Virus record (IMG/VR): IMGVR_UViG_3300046694_000196
Location: 1-64,000 of that record
Direction: 5' to 3' (one strand)
Length of the DNA stretch: 64,000 nt
DNA from: a virus
The position numbers were made by a program, and so were the translations under genes. This document shows, piece by piece, positions 49,957-58,937 of the stretch; within the stretch, counting starts at the first letter, position 1, and each line of letters opens with the position of its first letter. The notes beneath the pieces are model-generated. The model was not told the DNA's origin. It ran no database searches and saw nothing but the letters and a program-made list of their open reading frames with translations.

Positions 49957-50195
49957 TAGACGAGAGAATCCTGACGAGGTACGAGGAGATGCTGGGACAC
50001 GGCGAAGTCGCCTGCGAGCCAGAACCCGGAATTTCTCTCGCGCACCTCAGGTGGATGCTCAGAGAGATACGAGACCAGGAAGACGAACTGAAGTCTTCTC
50101 GTTGGCTCGGGTTCGTACAGGGCGTCCTCGTCATGATGGGAGTGACTACCGTCACAGAAGAGAGAAATTTCACACGGTCCTACTTCAGGAGTTAG
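49953..50195 (+). CDS. Hypothetical protein within gp43 split
   Basis: 80-aa ORF, GTGA overlap with gp43A stop. Confidence 0.6.
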   Translation: MIDERILTRYEEMLGHGEVACEPEPGISLAHLRWMLREIRDQEDELKSSRWLGFVQGVLVMMGVTTVTEERNFTRSYFRS

Positions 50196-50197
50196 AC

Positions 50198-50758
50198 ATG
50201 AACGTACTGACAGGCAAGCAGAGAGACATATTCGTCAGCTCAGACCACCACTTCAACCACGCGAACATACTGGGCTTCACGACAGTCGGCGGCAGCAAGT
50301 TCCGGGGCGACCTCTTCGACAGCGTCGAAGAGATGAACGAGGTCATGGTAGAGCGACACAACGCGGTGGTGGGCAGCAATGATATCTGGTACTGTCTTGG
50401 CGACGTTTACTTTGGTCACCGCGATGATGCTGCTAAAATTCTACCTCGACTGAACGGGAAGAAGCGGCTCATCCTGGGTAACCACGACGACGGCAAGTGT
50501 CCCGTCTTGCAACACCACTTCGAGAAGGTCATGCTCTGGCGGTTCTTCAAGGAGTTCGACTGCCTGCTGTCGCACACTCCCCAGCACGAGTCGAACCTCT
50601 ACAAGGTGACGTTCAACGTGCACGGGCACATCCACCAGAACGAGTCACCCTCTCTGAGGCACGTGAACGCCTGCGTCGAGAAGACCGGGTACGCTCCCGT
50701 GAACCTCGAGCAGCTGATGACCGACCACAAGCTGCTCACGCAGGAGACCTTCGGTTGA
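50198..50758 (+). CDS. Calcineurin-like metallophosphoesterase
   Basis: SDHHFNH, LGD, GNHD, HGHIH motifs. Confidence 0.88.
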   Translation: MNVLTGKQRDIFVSSDHHFNHANILGFTTVGGSKFRGDLFDSVEEMNEVMVERHNAVVGSNDIWYCLGDVYFGHRDDAAKILPRLNGKKRLILGNHDDGKCPVLQHHFEKVMLWRFFKEFDCLLSHTPQHESNLYKVTFNVHGHIHQNESPSLRHVNACVEKTGYAPVNLEQLMTDHKLLTQETFG

Positions 50759-50978
50759 CGCCGCTGACCTACACGCTCATACTCATCCTGTCGTCGAACA
50801 GCACGGTCGGCGGGTACGACACCGTCTCGGCCCCGTTCCGGTCTATGGAACAGTGCACTCTGGCGCAGGCAGACCTCGCAGTTAAGTTCAAGGCGAGGGT
50901 AGTGTTCGCGAAGTGCTATTGACAGTTTACATTTCTCGATTTCCTGATATACTGTAACTTCAGCTAGGACATACTCCC

Positions 50979-52079
50979 ATCGATTACTCAACTCTCAGCG
51001 ATGCAGAGCTCAGGGCCCTGCGTCAAGAGACCGAAGTAAAGGTCTCCAAGTACCACAACACCCAGCAGGGCAAGAAGATCGCGCTCAACGCATTCTACGG
51101 AGCACAGAGCAACCAGTTCTTCCTGTACTACTCAGACGTCCTCGCAGAGAGCATCACTCTCTCAGGGCAGCTGTCGGTCAAGTGGATCGCCAAGAAGTTC
51201 AACGCGAAGCTCAACGGGGTCCTCAAGACCTCGGGCGTCGACTACGTGCTCATGGTCGATACAGACTCCAACTACCTGTGCCTGGACGCCCTCGTCAAGA
51301 AGGTGTTCCCCGACGGGGCCCCCAAGGAGAAGGTAGTCAACTTCATCGACAAGTTCTGCCGAGAAGTGCTGGCGCCGTTCATTCGAGAGTCCTTCGAGGA
51401 GCTCGCGACGATGATGAACGCGTTCGAGCAGCGGATGTCGATGAAGCGCGAGAACATCGCGGACGTGACGATCATCACGGGCAAGAAGAAGTACATCATG
51501 AACGTGTGGGACTCCGAGGGGGTCAGGTACGAGACGCCCAAGGTCAAGATGACCGGCATAGAGGCAGTGCGCTCCAACACCCCGTTCGTCTGCCGCGAGT
51601 ACATCAAGAAATCGATCGAGATCATCGTGAACGGCACCGAGGAACAGCTCCACGAGTACGTCGCGAAGTGCCGCGAGGCGTTCAACGGCCTCAGGTTCGA
51701 AGAGGTCGGGAAGCCGACGGGCGTCAACGGCATGAAGGACTACGCCGACAAGTACACCGTCTACCGTAAGGGCACCCCGATGCACGTGCGCGCGGCGCTG
51801 CTCTACAACAAGGTCATCAAGGAACAGAAGCTCGACAAGAAGTTCCCGCTGATCAACGACGGCGACAAGATCAAGTACACATACATGAAGGTGCCCAATC
51901 CCCTGCGCGAGAACGTCTTCGCGTGCACCACTTCTCTGCCTTCTGTCCTGAAACTAGAACAGTACATCGATTTCGATACGCAGTTCGCAAAGACCTTCCT
52001 CAGCCCGCTAGAGATCATCCTGAAGGAGATCGGGTGGCACCACGAGAAGCGTCTCTCACTAGAGGAGTTCTTCACATGA
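50979..52079 (+). CDS. gp43: DNA polymerase, C-terminal half (motifs B and C); probable ATC start
   Basis: KKIALNAFYG (motif B) lies upstream of first ATG; DTDS (motif C); C-terminal SLEEFF clamp-binding motif. Confidence 0.85.
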   Translation: MDYSTLSDAELRALRQETEVKVSKYHNTQQGKKIALNAFYGAQSNQFFLYYSDVLAESITLSGQLSVKWIAKKFNAKLNGVLKTSGVDYVLMVDTDSNYLCLDALVKKVFPDGAPKEKVVNFIDKFCREVLAPFIRESFEELATMMNAFEQRMSMKRENIADVTIITGKKKYIMNVWDSEGVRYETPKVKMTGIEAVRSNTPFVCREYIKKSIEIIVNGTEEQLHEYVAKCREAFNGLRFEEVGKPTGVNGMKDYADKYTVYRKGTPMHVRAALLYNKVIKEQKLDKKFPLINDGDKIKYTYMKVPNPLRENVFACTTSLPSVLKLEQYIDFDTQFAKTFLSPLEIILKEIGWHHEKRLSLEEFFT

Positions 52080-52651
52080 CACATACAGACAAGAACGAAG
52101 ACCGACCGAAGAAGGACTACGGCGACCGCAAGGGCGACTGGCTCCAGACGTACAGCGGCGGCTGTTTCTTCCCGATAGACCCCCGCCCCGAAGACGTCCA
52201 CATCGAGGACATCGCCCACTCGCTGTCCCACCAGTGCAGGTACGCTGGTCACTGCCGTGACTTCTACTCCATCGCAGAGCACTGCTGCCACATCTACGAC
52301 GCCATCGAAGACGAGCACAAGTTCGCGGCCCTGATGCACGACGCATCGGAGGCCTACCTGGTAGACGTCCCGCGACCGGTCAAGCCGTACCTGACGAACT
52401 ACAAGGAGATAGAGGCCCGCATCGAGGAAGTCATCTTCACGAAGTACGGCCTGCCTTTCCCGTTCCACCCGCGCGTCAAAGAGTTCGACAACAACATCAT
52501 AGTGGACGAGAAAGAGGCGCTCATGGCGCCCTGCGACCAGGAGTGGTACCTCATCGGCCTGGCAAAGGTCGGCGCCGTCATAGAGTGCTGGTCACCCGGC
52601 CGGGCCGAGGCAGAGTTCCTGGACCGGTTCCGGAGGCACTGGAGTGAGTGA
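52076..52651 (+). CDS. HD-domain (YfbR-like) deoxynucleotide phosphohydrolase
   Basis: DIAHSLSHQCRYAGH, YSIAEH, LMHDASEAYLVD. Confidence 0.85.
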   Translation: MTHTDKNEDRPKKDYGDRKGDWLQTYSGGCFFPIDPRPEDVHIEDIAHSLSHQCRYAGHCRDFYSIAEHCCHIYDAIEDEHKFAALMHDASEAYLVDVPRPVKPYLTNYKEIEARIEEVIFTKYGLPFPFHPRVKEFDNNIIVDEKEALMAPCDQEWYLIGLAKVGAVIECWSPGRAEAEFLDRFRRHWSE

Positions 52652-52827
52652 CTACGTGTACGTCCCAGAAGTCGAAGAGCGCGCTCGCCTACGCATAGCG
52701 GAGATGGTCGCGGGCGGTCTGCTCAGTGACAAGCTGTGCTTCGTGCACTGTGGAGAACGGTGTGACTGTGCAGGCGGCGCCCACCTATACATATACATGG
52801 AAGAACTAGAACGATACAAGGAAGAAC

Positions 52828-53883
52828 ATGAGCACCCTCAAGGATAAGCTACTCAAGAACTCCACCATCAAGGAGACCGCGATACTCTCCGAGTCCAAGA
52901 TCTACGGCCACAAGGACATGATCCCGACCGTGGTCCCTATGATCAATGTCGCCCTCTCCGGGCGCATCGACGGGGGCCTCACGCCCGGCCTCACCACCAT
53001 CGCCGGCCCCTCCAAGCACTTCAAGACGGCGTACACTCTGCTCATGGCCTCGGCCTTCCTGAAGCAGTACCCCGACGGCATAGTGCTGTTCTACGACTCA
53101 GAGTTCGGCACGCCTGACTCCTACATCTCCAGCTTCGGCATAGACCCGTCGAAGGTCGTGCACTCCCCGCTCCTCAACATCGAGCAGTTCAAGTTCGACG
53201 TCATGGCGCAGCTCGAGGGCCTCGACCGCAAGGACAAGGTCCTCATCATGGTGGACTCGATCGGCAACCTCGCTTCCAAGAAAGAAGTCGACGACGCCAT
53301 CGAGGGCAAGTCGGTGGGAGATATGACGCGGGCGCGATCACTCAAGTCAGTTTTCCGCATGGTTACACCGTACTTAACGATCAAGGACATCCCGATGATC
53401 GTCATCAACCACACGTACCAGACCCAGGAGATCTACTCCAAGGCCGTGGTGTCGGGCGGTACGGGCATCTACTACAGCTCGGACAACATCTGGATCGTCG
53501 GCCGGCAACAGGACAAGGACGGCACCGAGATCAAGGGTTGGCACTTCGTCATCAACGTCGAGAAGTCTCGCTTCGTCAAGGAGAAGTCCAAGATACCGAT
53601 CAGCGTGTCCTACGAGAGCGGCATCATGAAGTGGTCGGGCTTCCTCGACATAGCCCTCGACGGCCAGTACGTCGGGAAGCCGTCTAACGGCTGGTACCAG
53701 CGAGTAGACCGGGAGACCGGCGAGCTCGTCGGAGACAAGTTCCGCGAGAAGCAGATCATCAACAACGGCGATTTCTGGAAAGAAGTGTTGACAACCACTG
53801 ACTTCGCCGATTATATTACCAAAAGGTACTCCATCGGTACGGGCAAGATCCTCGATGAAGACAACGTACCAGACGAGGAGTGA
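52828..53883 (+). CDS. uvsX: RecA-like recombinase
   Basis: GPSKHFKT, FYDSEFG, DSIGNLASKKE, SGGTG motifs. Confidence 0.95.
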   Translation: MSTLKDKLLKNSTIKETAILSESKIYGHKDMIPTVVPMINVALSGRIDGGLTPGLTTIAGPSKHFKTAYTLLMASAFLKQYPDGIVLFYDSEFGTPDSYISSFGIDPSKVVHSPLLNIEQFKFDVMAQLEGLDRKDKVLIMVDSIGNLASKKEVDDAIEGKSVGDMTRARSLKSVFRMVTPYLTIKDIPMIVINHTYQTQEIYSKAVVSGGTGIYYSSDNIWIVGRQQDKDGTEIKGWHFVINVEKSRFVKEKSKIPISVSYESGIMKWSGFLDIALDGQYVGKPSNGWYQRVDRETGELVGDKFREKQIINNGDFWKEVLTTTDFADYITKRYSIGTGKILDEDNVPDEE

Positions 53884-53932
53884 GGGCTCGCGCCCTCCTC
53901 ACCGCTCCCGTCCCTCTCGCTCCCGGTAAAGC

Positions 53933-55288
53933 ATGATAGAACAGACCATACTGTCGAGCCTCGTCCAGCACGAGGCTTACGCGCGGAAGGCCGTGCCGTA
54001 CCTCCGAGAGGAGTACTTCTCAGACTCGTCTGACCGGGCCCTCTACTCCCTCATCGATTCTTTCTTCAAGAAATACAACAGGCTCCCGAACCGTGAGGTC
54101 CTCCGCGTAGAGCTCGACTCGCTGAGCGTCAACCAGACCCTCTACGACGAGGTCTCCGAGAAGATAACTGCTCTCTCGAACGTGGTCACCGACGACCTGG
54201 ACTGGTTGATCGACCAGACCGAGAAGTTCTGTCAGGACAAGGCGATCTACAACTCCATCATGGAGTCTATCCAGATCCTCGACGGCAAGTCGAAGCTGGA
54301 CAAGGGCGCGATACCGGACCTGCTCCAGGAGGCCCTCGCGGTCTCTTTCGACGAGTCAGTGGGACACGACTACCTGGAAGACGCCGAGGCCAGGTTCGAC
54401 GCCTACTCAGACGAGGACTCCCGCATCAAGTTCTCGATCGACCTGATGAACAAGATCACGGGCGGCGGTCTCTCCAGGAAGACCCTGAACGTCTGGATGG
54501 CAGGCACCGGCGGCGGCAAGTCCATGTGGATGTGTCACGAGGCCGCGAACAACCTGCTCGACGGCAAGAACGTCCTGTACGTGACGCTCGAGATGAGCCA
54601 GGCCAAGATCGCCGAGCGCATCGACGCCAACCTCCTGGACGTCAACGTCAACCTCGTCAAGGACATGCCCAAGGAGGTCTACCTCAAGAAGATCAGGAAG
54701 CTGAAGGAGAAGACCCTCGGAAAGCTGATCGTCAAGGAGTACCCCAGCACCGGAGCCCACGCGGGACACCTGAGGTTCCTCCTCAACGAGCTGAAGACCA
54801 AGAAGAACTTCGTCCCCGACATCATCTACGTCGACTACATCAACCTGTGCGCGTCGTCTCGACTGAAGCCGGGCAACGTCAACTCCTACACCTACATCAA
54901 GGCCATCGCGGAAGAGCTCCGCGGCCTAGCAGTGGAGCAGGACCTGGTGCTGGTCACGGCGACCCAGGTCACCCGTACGGGCTACGGCGCGTCTGACATC
55001 GACCTCACCGACACCTCAGAGTCCTTCGGCCTGCCCGCGACGGCAGACCTGATGATCGCGATCATCGTGACGGAAGAACTGGACGAGCTCGGGCAGGTCA
55101 TGTTCAAGCAGCTCAAGAACAGGTACGGCGACCCCAACTACTACAAGAAGTTCCTGGTCGGTCGCGACGGCGGGAAGATGAGGTTCTACGACATAGCGAA
55201 CGACAACGAAGAGCCGGTGTTCGACAAGACCAAGGCAGGAGAAAAGACAAGTGGCAGCAACGGAAAGTTCGAATCTCTACGCTTCTGA
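53933..55288 (+). CDS. gp41: Replicative helicase
   Basis: AGTGGGKS, TLEMS, VDYINLC, SESFGLPATAD, QLKNRY. Confidence 0.96.
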   Translation: MIEQTILSSLVQHEAYARKAVPYLREEYFSDSSDRALYSLIDSFFKKYNRLPNREVLRVELDSLSVNQTLYDEVSEKITALSNVVTDDLDWLIDQTEKFCQDKAIYNSIMESIQILDGKSKLDKGAIPDLLQEALAVSFDESVGHDYLEDAEARFDAYSDEDSRIKFSIDLMNKITGGGLSRKTLNVWMAGTGGGKSMWMCHEAANNLLDGKNVLYVTLEMSQAKIAERIDANLLDVNVNLVKDMPKEVYLKKIRKLKEKTLGKLIVKEYPSTGAHAGHLRFLLNELKTKKNFVPDIIYVDYINLCASSRLKPGNVNSYTYIKAIAEELRGLAVEQDLVLVTATQVTRTGYGASDIDLTDTSESFGLPATADLMIAIIVTEELDELGQVMFKQLKNRYGDPNYYKKFLVGRDGGKMRFYDIANDNEEPVFDKTKAGEKTSGSNGKFESLRF

Positions 55289-55755
55289 CGACGACGTCGA
55301 GATGTTCAAGGACGTCAGGTACCTCTTCAACGTCGAGGACTACCCACAGCTGAGCGAGATAGACGAGGAGGTCATACTCAAGTCGTGGCTCTACTACCGG
55401 CACAACCCCGAGAACAGCTACGCCAGGGTGCTAGACAGGGCTTCTTTCTACATCAAGCACGGCCTGACTCCCGCCTACTACAGCGACGAGGCCGGCTCTA
55501 TGCTAGTCGTCACCTCGAAAGAATTTATCCAGCGAAAGATGAACTAGAATGACAGAAATGGAAATCGGAGTAGTCGAGGACGCCATCGCGTGGTTCGTCA
55601 CTACCGCGGACTACAAGATCATGTTCTCAGACGTGCAGGAGAAGGAGTTCCGGGAATCTATGAATAAATACCCCGAGTCCCTGAAGAGGCTCGTCGCGAA
55701 CTACTGGGACCAGTACCTCAACTATGCCCCTGATACACAGGAACAACGACTCTAG
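55251..55755 (+). other. Two hypothetical ORFs (55251-55547, 55549-55755)
   Basis: Coupled ORFs. Confidence 0.55.
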
Positions 55756-55990
55756 GTCCTGCGGGGCCCTCACGATAGCCTCCCAGACAAAGGTGTCGGT
55801 CGCCGGCCAGGCAGTCGCACTCGTAGGAGACGTCGAGTCTCACGGCGGGGGAGCGTTCAACGAGAACGGCCGGAAGGTCTCCATAGACGGCATACACGTC
55901 GTCTGCGTGGGAGACTCCGCAGCCACTGACTCCCTCCTGCACCCGAACCCCTCTGCCGCTACCGGTTTCTCCAAGTTCTCGGTCTCCTGA
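55724..55990 (+). CDS. PAAR-like spike tip protein (gp5.4-like)
   Basis: R.ND.RSCGA, VALVGD..SH, V.IDG..V.CVGD..HP..A.G pattern. Confidence 0.75.
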   Translation: MPLIHRNNDSRSCGALTIASQTKVSVAGQAVALVGDVESHGGGAFNENGRKVSIDGIHVVCVGDSAATDSLLHPNPSAATGFSKFSVS

Positions 55991-56019
55991 GCCGATAAAT
56001 ACGTCAAGGAGACCCACAC

Positions 56020-56844
56020 ATGCTCAGCAGAGACCAGTTCGTAAAGGTAGTGGCAGGCGCGACCACGGCAAAGATCAACGCGTACATAGACCCGATATTC
56101 AACGCGATGCAGGAGTTCGGGATCGACACTTCTGAGAGACAGGTGATGTTCCTGGCGCAGGTGCTCACCGAGTCGGGCGCGCTGTCAGTAGTGGTCGAGA
56201 ACCTCAACTACTCTGCGGCGGGGCTGCTCAAGACGTTCCCGAAGTACTACCGCAACCAGGTCGAGGCCAACGCGCACGCGAAGCAGCCCGTGAAGATAGC
56301 TTCTCGAGTCTACGCCAGCCGCATGGGCAACGGGAACGAGGCGTCCCAGGACGGCTGGAAGTACAGGGGCCGCGGCCTCATCCAGATAACCGGCAAGAAC
56401 AACTACGTCTCGTTCGGTGAGGCCATCGGCCGCGACCTGACTGACGACCCGTCCTACCTGGAGACCCCCGAGGGTGCCTCTCGCTCGGCTGCCTGGTTCT
56501 GGAACGTCAACAACCTCAACAGGTTCGCGGACAGGAAAGACATCACCGGCTGCTCCAGGGCAGTGAACGGCGGCACCAACGGACTCGAGGAGCGCAAGCG
56601 CTACTACGCACACGGGCTAGACGTGATATCTGGCGACGCACCGTCTCCGGGCGTCGCCTTCACTACCCTCAAGGTAGGCTCGTCAGGTCCGGCAGTGGTG
56701 GAGATACAGACGCTGCTGGGCATCACCGCAGACGGACAGTTCGGCCCCGGCACCGCCGCGGCGGTCAAGACATTTCAGACCAGGAACGGCCTCGCGGCCG
56801 ACGGAATCGTGGGCCCGGCGACCTACGAAGAGTTGAAGAAGTAG
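56020..56844 (+). CDS. GH19 endolysin with C-terminal peptidoglycan-binding domain
   Basis: FLAQVLTES, YRGRGLIQITGKNNY, VNGGTNGLEER; GITADGQFGPGT repeats. Confidence 0.92.
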   Translation: MLSRDQFVKVVAGATTAKINAYIDPIFNAMQEFGIDTSERQVMFLAQVLTESGALSVVVENLNYSAAGLLKTFPKYYRNQVEANAHAKQPVKIASRVYASRMGNGNEASQDGWKYRGRGLIQITGKNNYVSFGEAIGRDLTDDPSYLETPEGASRSAAWFWNVNNLNRFADRKDITGCSRAVNGGTNGLEERKRYYAHGLDVISGDAPSPGVAFTTLKVGSSGPAVVEIQTLLGITADGQFGPGTAAAVKTFQTRNGLAADGIVGPATYEELKK

Positions 56845-56845
56845 A

Positions 56846-57268
56846 ATGTTCTCTTCCCTTAAACTTTACCTAGCGGCTGGCGTGGCCGTGGCCCTCGTGG
56901 TCGCTGTCGGGTCGTTCGTGGTGTACAAGAAGACCATGGAGGCCGAGGTCGCCACCCTGAAGACCGAGAAGGCCCAGCTCCAGTCGAACGTCGACAAGAT
57001 GAAGATTGCAGTGCAGCTCAGCGAGCAGACCGTGAAGCTCCAGCAGGAAGCTGCCAAGAAACAGGCCGAGACCAACGGGGCGCTCGCGAAGTCACTGGCC
57101 GAGGCCGAGGCCGAGAACCTCGACAGGATATCGAAGCTCAAGGACGAGGACCTGGCGGCCCGCAGCGTGTCTGAGCCTGACAACGTAGAGAAAGAGATAA
57201 ACGATGCCTTCAAAGAAGTCAACGCTGCTGTGCGCAGCGCTACTGTTCCCGCCCCTGCTGGCAAGTAG
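56846..57268 (+). CDS. i-spanin (Rz-like)
   Basis: N-terminal TM then coiled coil; follows endolysin. Confidence 0.75.
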   Translation: MFSSLKLYLAAGVAVALVVAVGSFVVYKKTMEAEVATLKTEKAQLQSNVDKMKIAVQLSEQTVKLQQEAAKKQAETNGALAKSLAEAEAENLDRISKLKDEDLAARSVSEPDNVEKEINDAFKEVNAAVRSATVPAPAGK

Positions 57269-57563
57269 CTGCACCTCCGACCGGGTCGATCGCGTCCAGG
57301 TGACCACCGCTACCGCTACGATCCACGTGCAGAAGCAGGGCGCTCCTCGACCGCCAGCGCTCAAGGACGTGAAGTGGTTCGTGGTCACCGAGAACAACTT
57401 CGAGGCCCTCAAGGCCAAGTTCGCGAAGGACGGCAAGGCCCTCGCGGCGTACGGCCTGACCCCCGCAGACTTCAAGGCCCTGCTCGCGAACCAGTCCGAG
57501 CTCCTGAGGTACATCAAGCAGCAGCAGGCTATTATCGTCTACTACGAGAAGAACACGGACTGA
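57204..57563 (+). CDS. o-spanin (Rz1-like lipoprotein)
   Basis: Signal peptide with lipobox LASSC; Pro-rich; overlaps i-spanin. Confidence 0.75.
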   Translation: MPSKKSTLLCAALLFPPLLASSCTSDRVDRVQVTTATATIHVQKQGAPRPPALKDVKWFVVTENNFEALKAKFAKDGKALAAYGLTPADFKALLANQSELLRYIKQQQAIIVYYEKNTD

Positions 57564-57579
57564 AGCAAGGACCTACATC

Positions 57580-58242
57580 ATGACGAAGACGAGACTCATC
57601 GGCGACGTGCACGGCGCCATGGACAGGTACCTCAGGATCATCGAGGGCGCAGAGCAGTCGGTGCAGGTCGGTGACTTCGGCATCGGCTTCCGTGCCAACC
57701 CGACCCACCTGTACGACTACAAGAAGCACCTCTTCATCCGCGGTAACCACGACTGGCCTCAGGGCTGCGCCGCCGAGGTGAACTGGATACCCGACGGGTC
57801 GATCACGGTCATCCCGGACACTTCAGACTCGGTCATGTACGCCGGCGGCGCCTGGTCCATCGACTGGGCCTACCGCACCGAGCACGTGTCCTGGTGGAGA
57901 GACGAGGAGCTGTCGCAGCACGCCCTGGACAAGATCGTCGAGGATTACGACCGGGCCAGGCCCAAGGTCATGGTCACCCACGAGATGCCCCAGTCGGTCG
58001 TGACAGAGTTCGGGATCAAGATCTTCGACGTGCCGTCGCGGACGAGAGACGCGTTCGACCGGATGCTTGCGATACACAGGCCGTCGCTCTGGGTCGGCGG
58101 ACACTGGCACCTGCCCTTCGACCGAGTCATCTACGGCACCAGGTTCATGGTGCTCGACTGCGACAGCTGGATCGACCTTGACCTTGCAGGCGACTGCCTC
58201 GAAGGTGAGCAGCAGAGACTGGCAAAACTTCACTATCTCTAA
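57580..58242 (+). CDS. Calcineurin-like metallophosphoesterase 2
   Basis: GDVHG, QVGDFG, RGNHD, VTHE, GHWH. Confidence 0.85.
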   Translation: MTKTRLIGDVHGAMDRYLRIIEGAEQSVQVGDFGIGFRANPTHLYDYKKHLFIRGNHDWPQGCAAEVNWIPDGSITVIPDTSDSVMYAGGAWSIDWAYRTEHVSWWRDEELSQHALDKIVEDYDRARPKVMVTHEMPQSVVTEFGIKIFDVPSRTRDAFDRMLAIHRPSLWVGGHWHLPFDRVIYGTRFMVLDCDSWIDLDLAGDCLEGEQQRLAKLHYL

Positions 58243-58303
58243 AATAGTAGTTTACATCCTCTCCGGAATGGTATATCTTAGAATTATCAAATCGGAAAGG
58301 AAC
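58241..58303 (+). repeat. Early promoter + RBS cassette, copy 2
   Basis: Near-identical to 2886-2947; drives a 58-aa AT-rich ORF at 58310-58486. Confidence 0.8.
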
Positions 58304-58501
58304 TCTGCAATGTTTATCAAAGCCGCAAACGGAATGAAGTACCGTTTGGTACGCAACTCAGACCACTCTGATGAGTGGGTTGTTGTCGAACTTCATGCCG
58401 GCTCAAGGGATAAGACGGTGTTTCACGGTACGAAGTCTGAGTGTTCTGAGTGGATAGAACACAACGGGCACGACGAATGGAATTGAAATTTACTGCAATC
58501 T

Positions 58502-58522
58502 AGAGGCCTCCGGGCCTCTTTT
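58502..58522 (+). terminator. Intrinsic terminator
   Basis: agaggcc-tccg-ggcctct then ttt. Confidence 0.8.
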
Positions 58523-58937
58523 GTCGTTTACGTACCTGCTAGATTAGTTTATACTGGTCGAGAAACAGAAAGGTGCACCATGTTCGCTTCGATCATCATC
58601 TACTCCATCTCACTCGTCTTCTTCGTCCTGGGACTCCTGTTCCTCGGCGCGACGTTCCAGCCCGGCACGTCGAAGGGCACGGGACAGCTCGTCTGCCTGT
58701 TCTTCTTCTGCTTCTTCCTGCTCATCGCCGCCGGCGTAGCACTGGTGGGGGCTCACGTATGATGGCTGTTCTGTTCTTCACCGCTGCCATGCTGGTCTAC
58801 GTCTTGTCGGTCGCGTTCTCGGGACTGAGTCGCGACGCGTCGGTGACGATGGGCCACCGAGTGGTCGCCGGGTGGATGGGAATTGCCCTGCTGTGCGTAG
58901 CGCTGATCCTAGCGATGTTCGGGAGCACGTACGTCTG

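Noticed and set aside
49957-50978. Group I intron or intein interrupting gp43
   Set aside because: The gap holds three coupled ORFs without homing-nuclease motifs plus a promoter and RBS for the B half; no intron core or intein motifs were recognised
52076-52651. DatZ / Z-genome system
   Set aside because: No PurZ in the window and the modification genes point to cytosine; cannot be excluded for the rest of the genome
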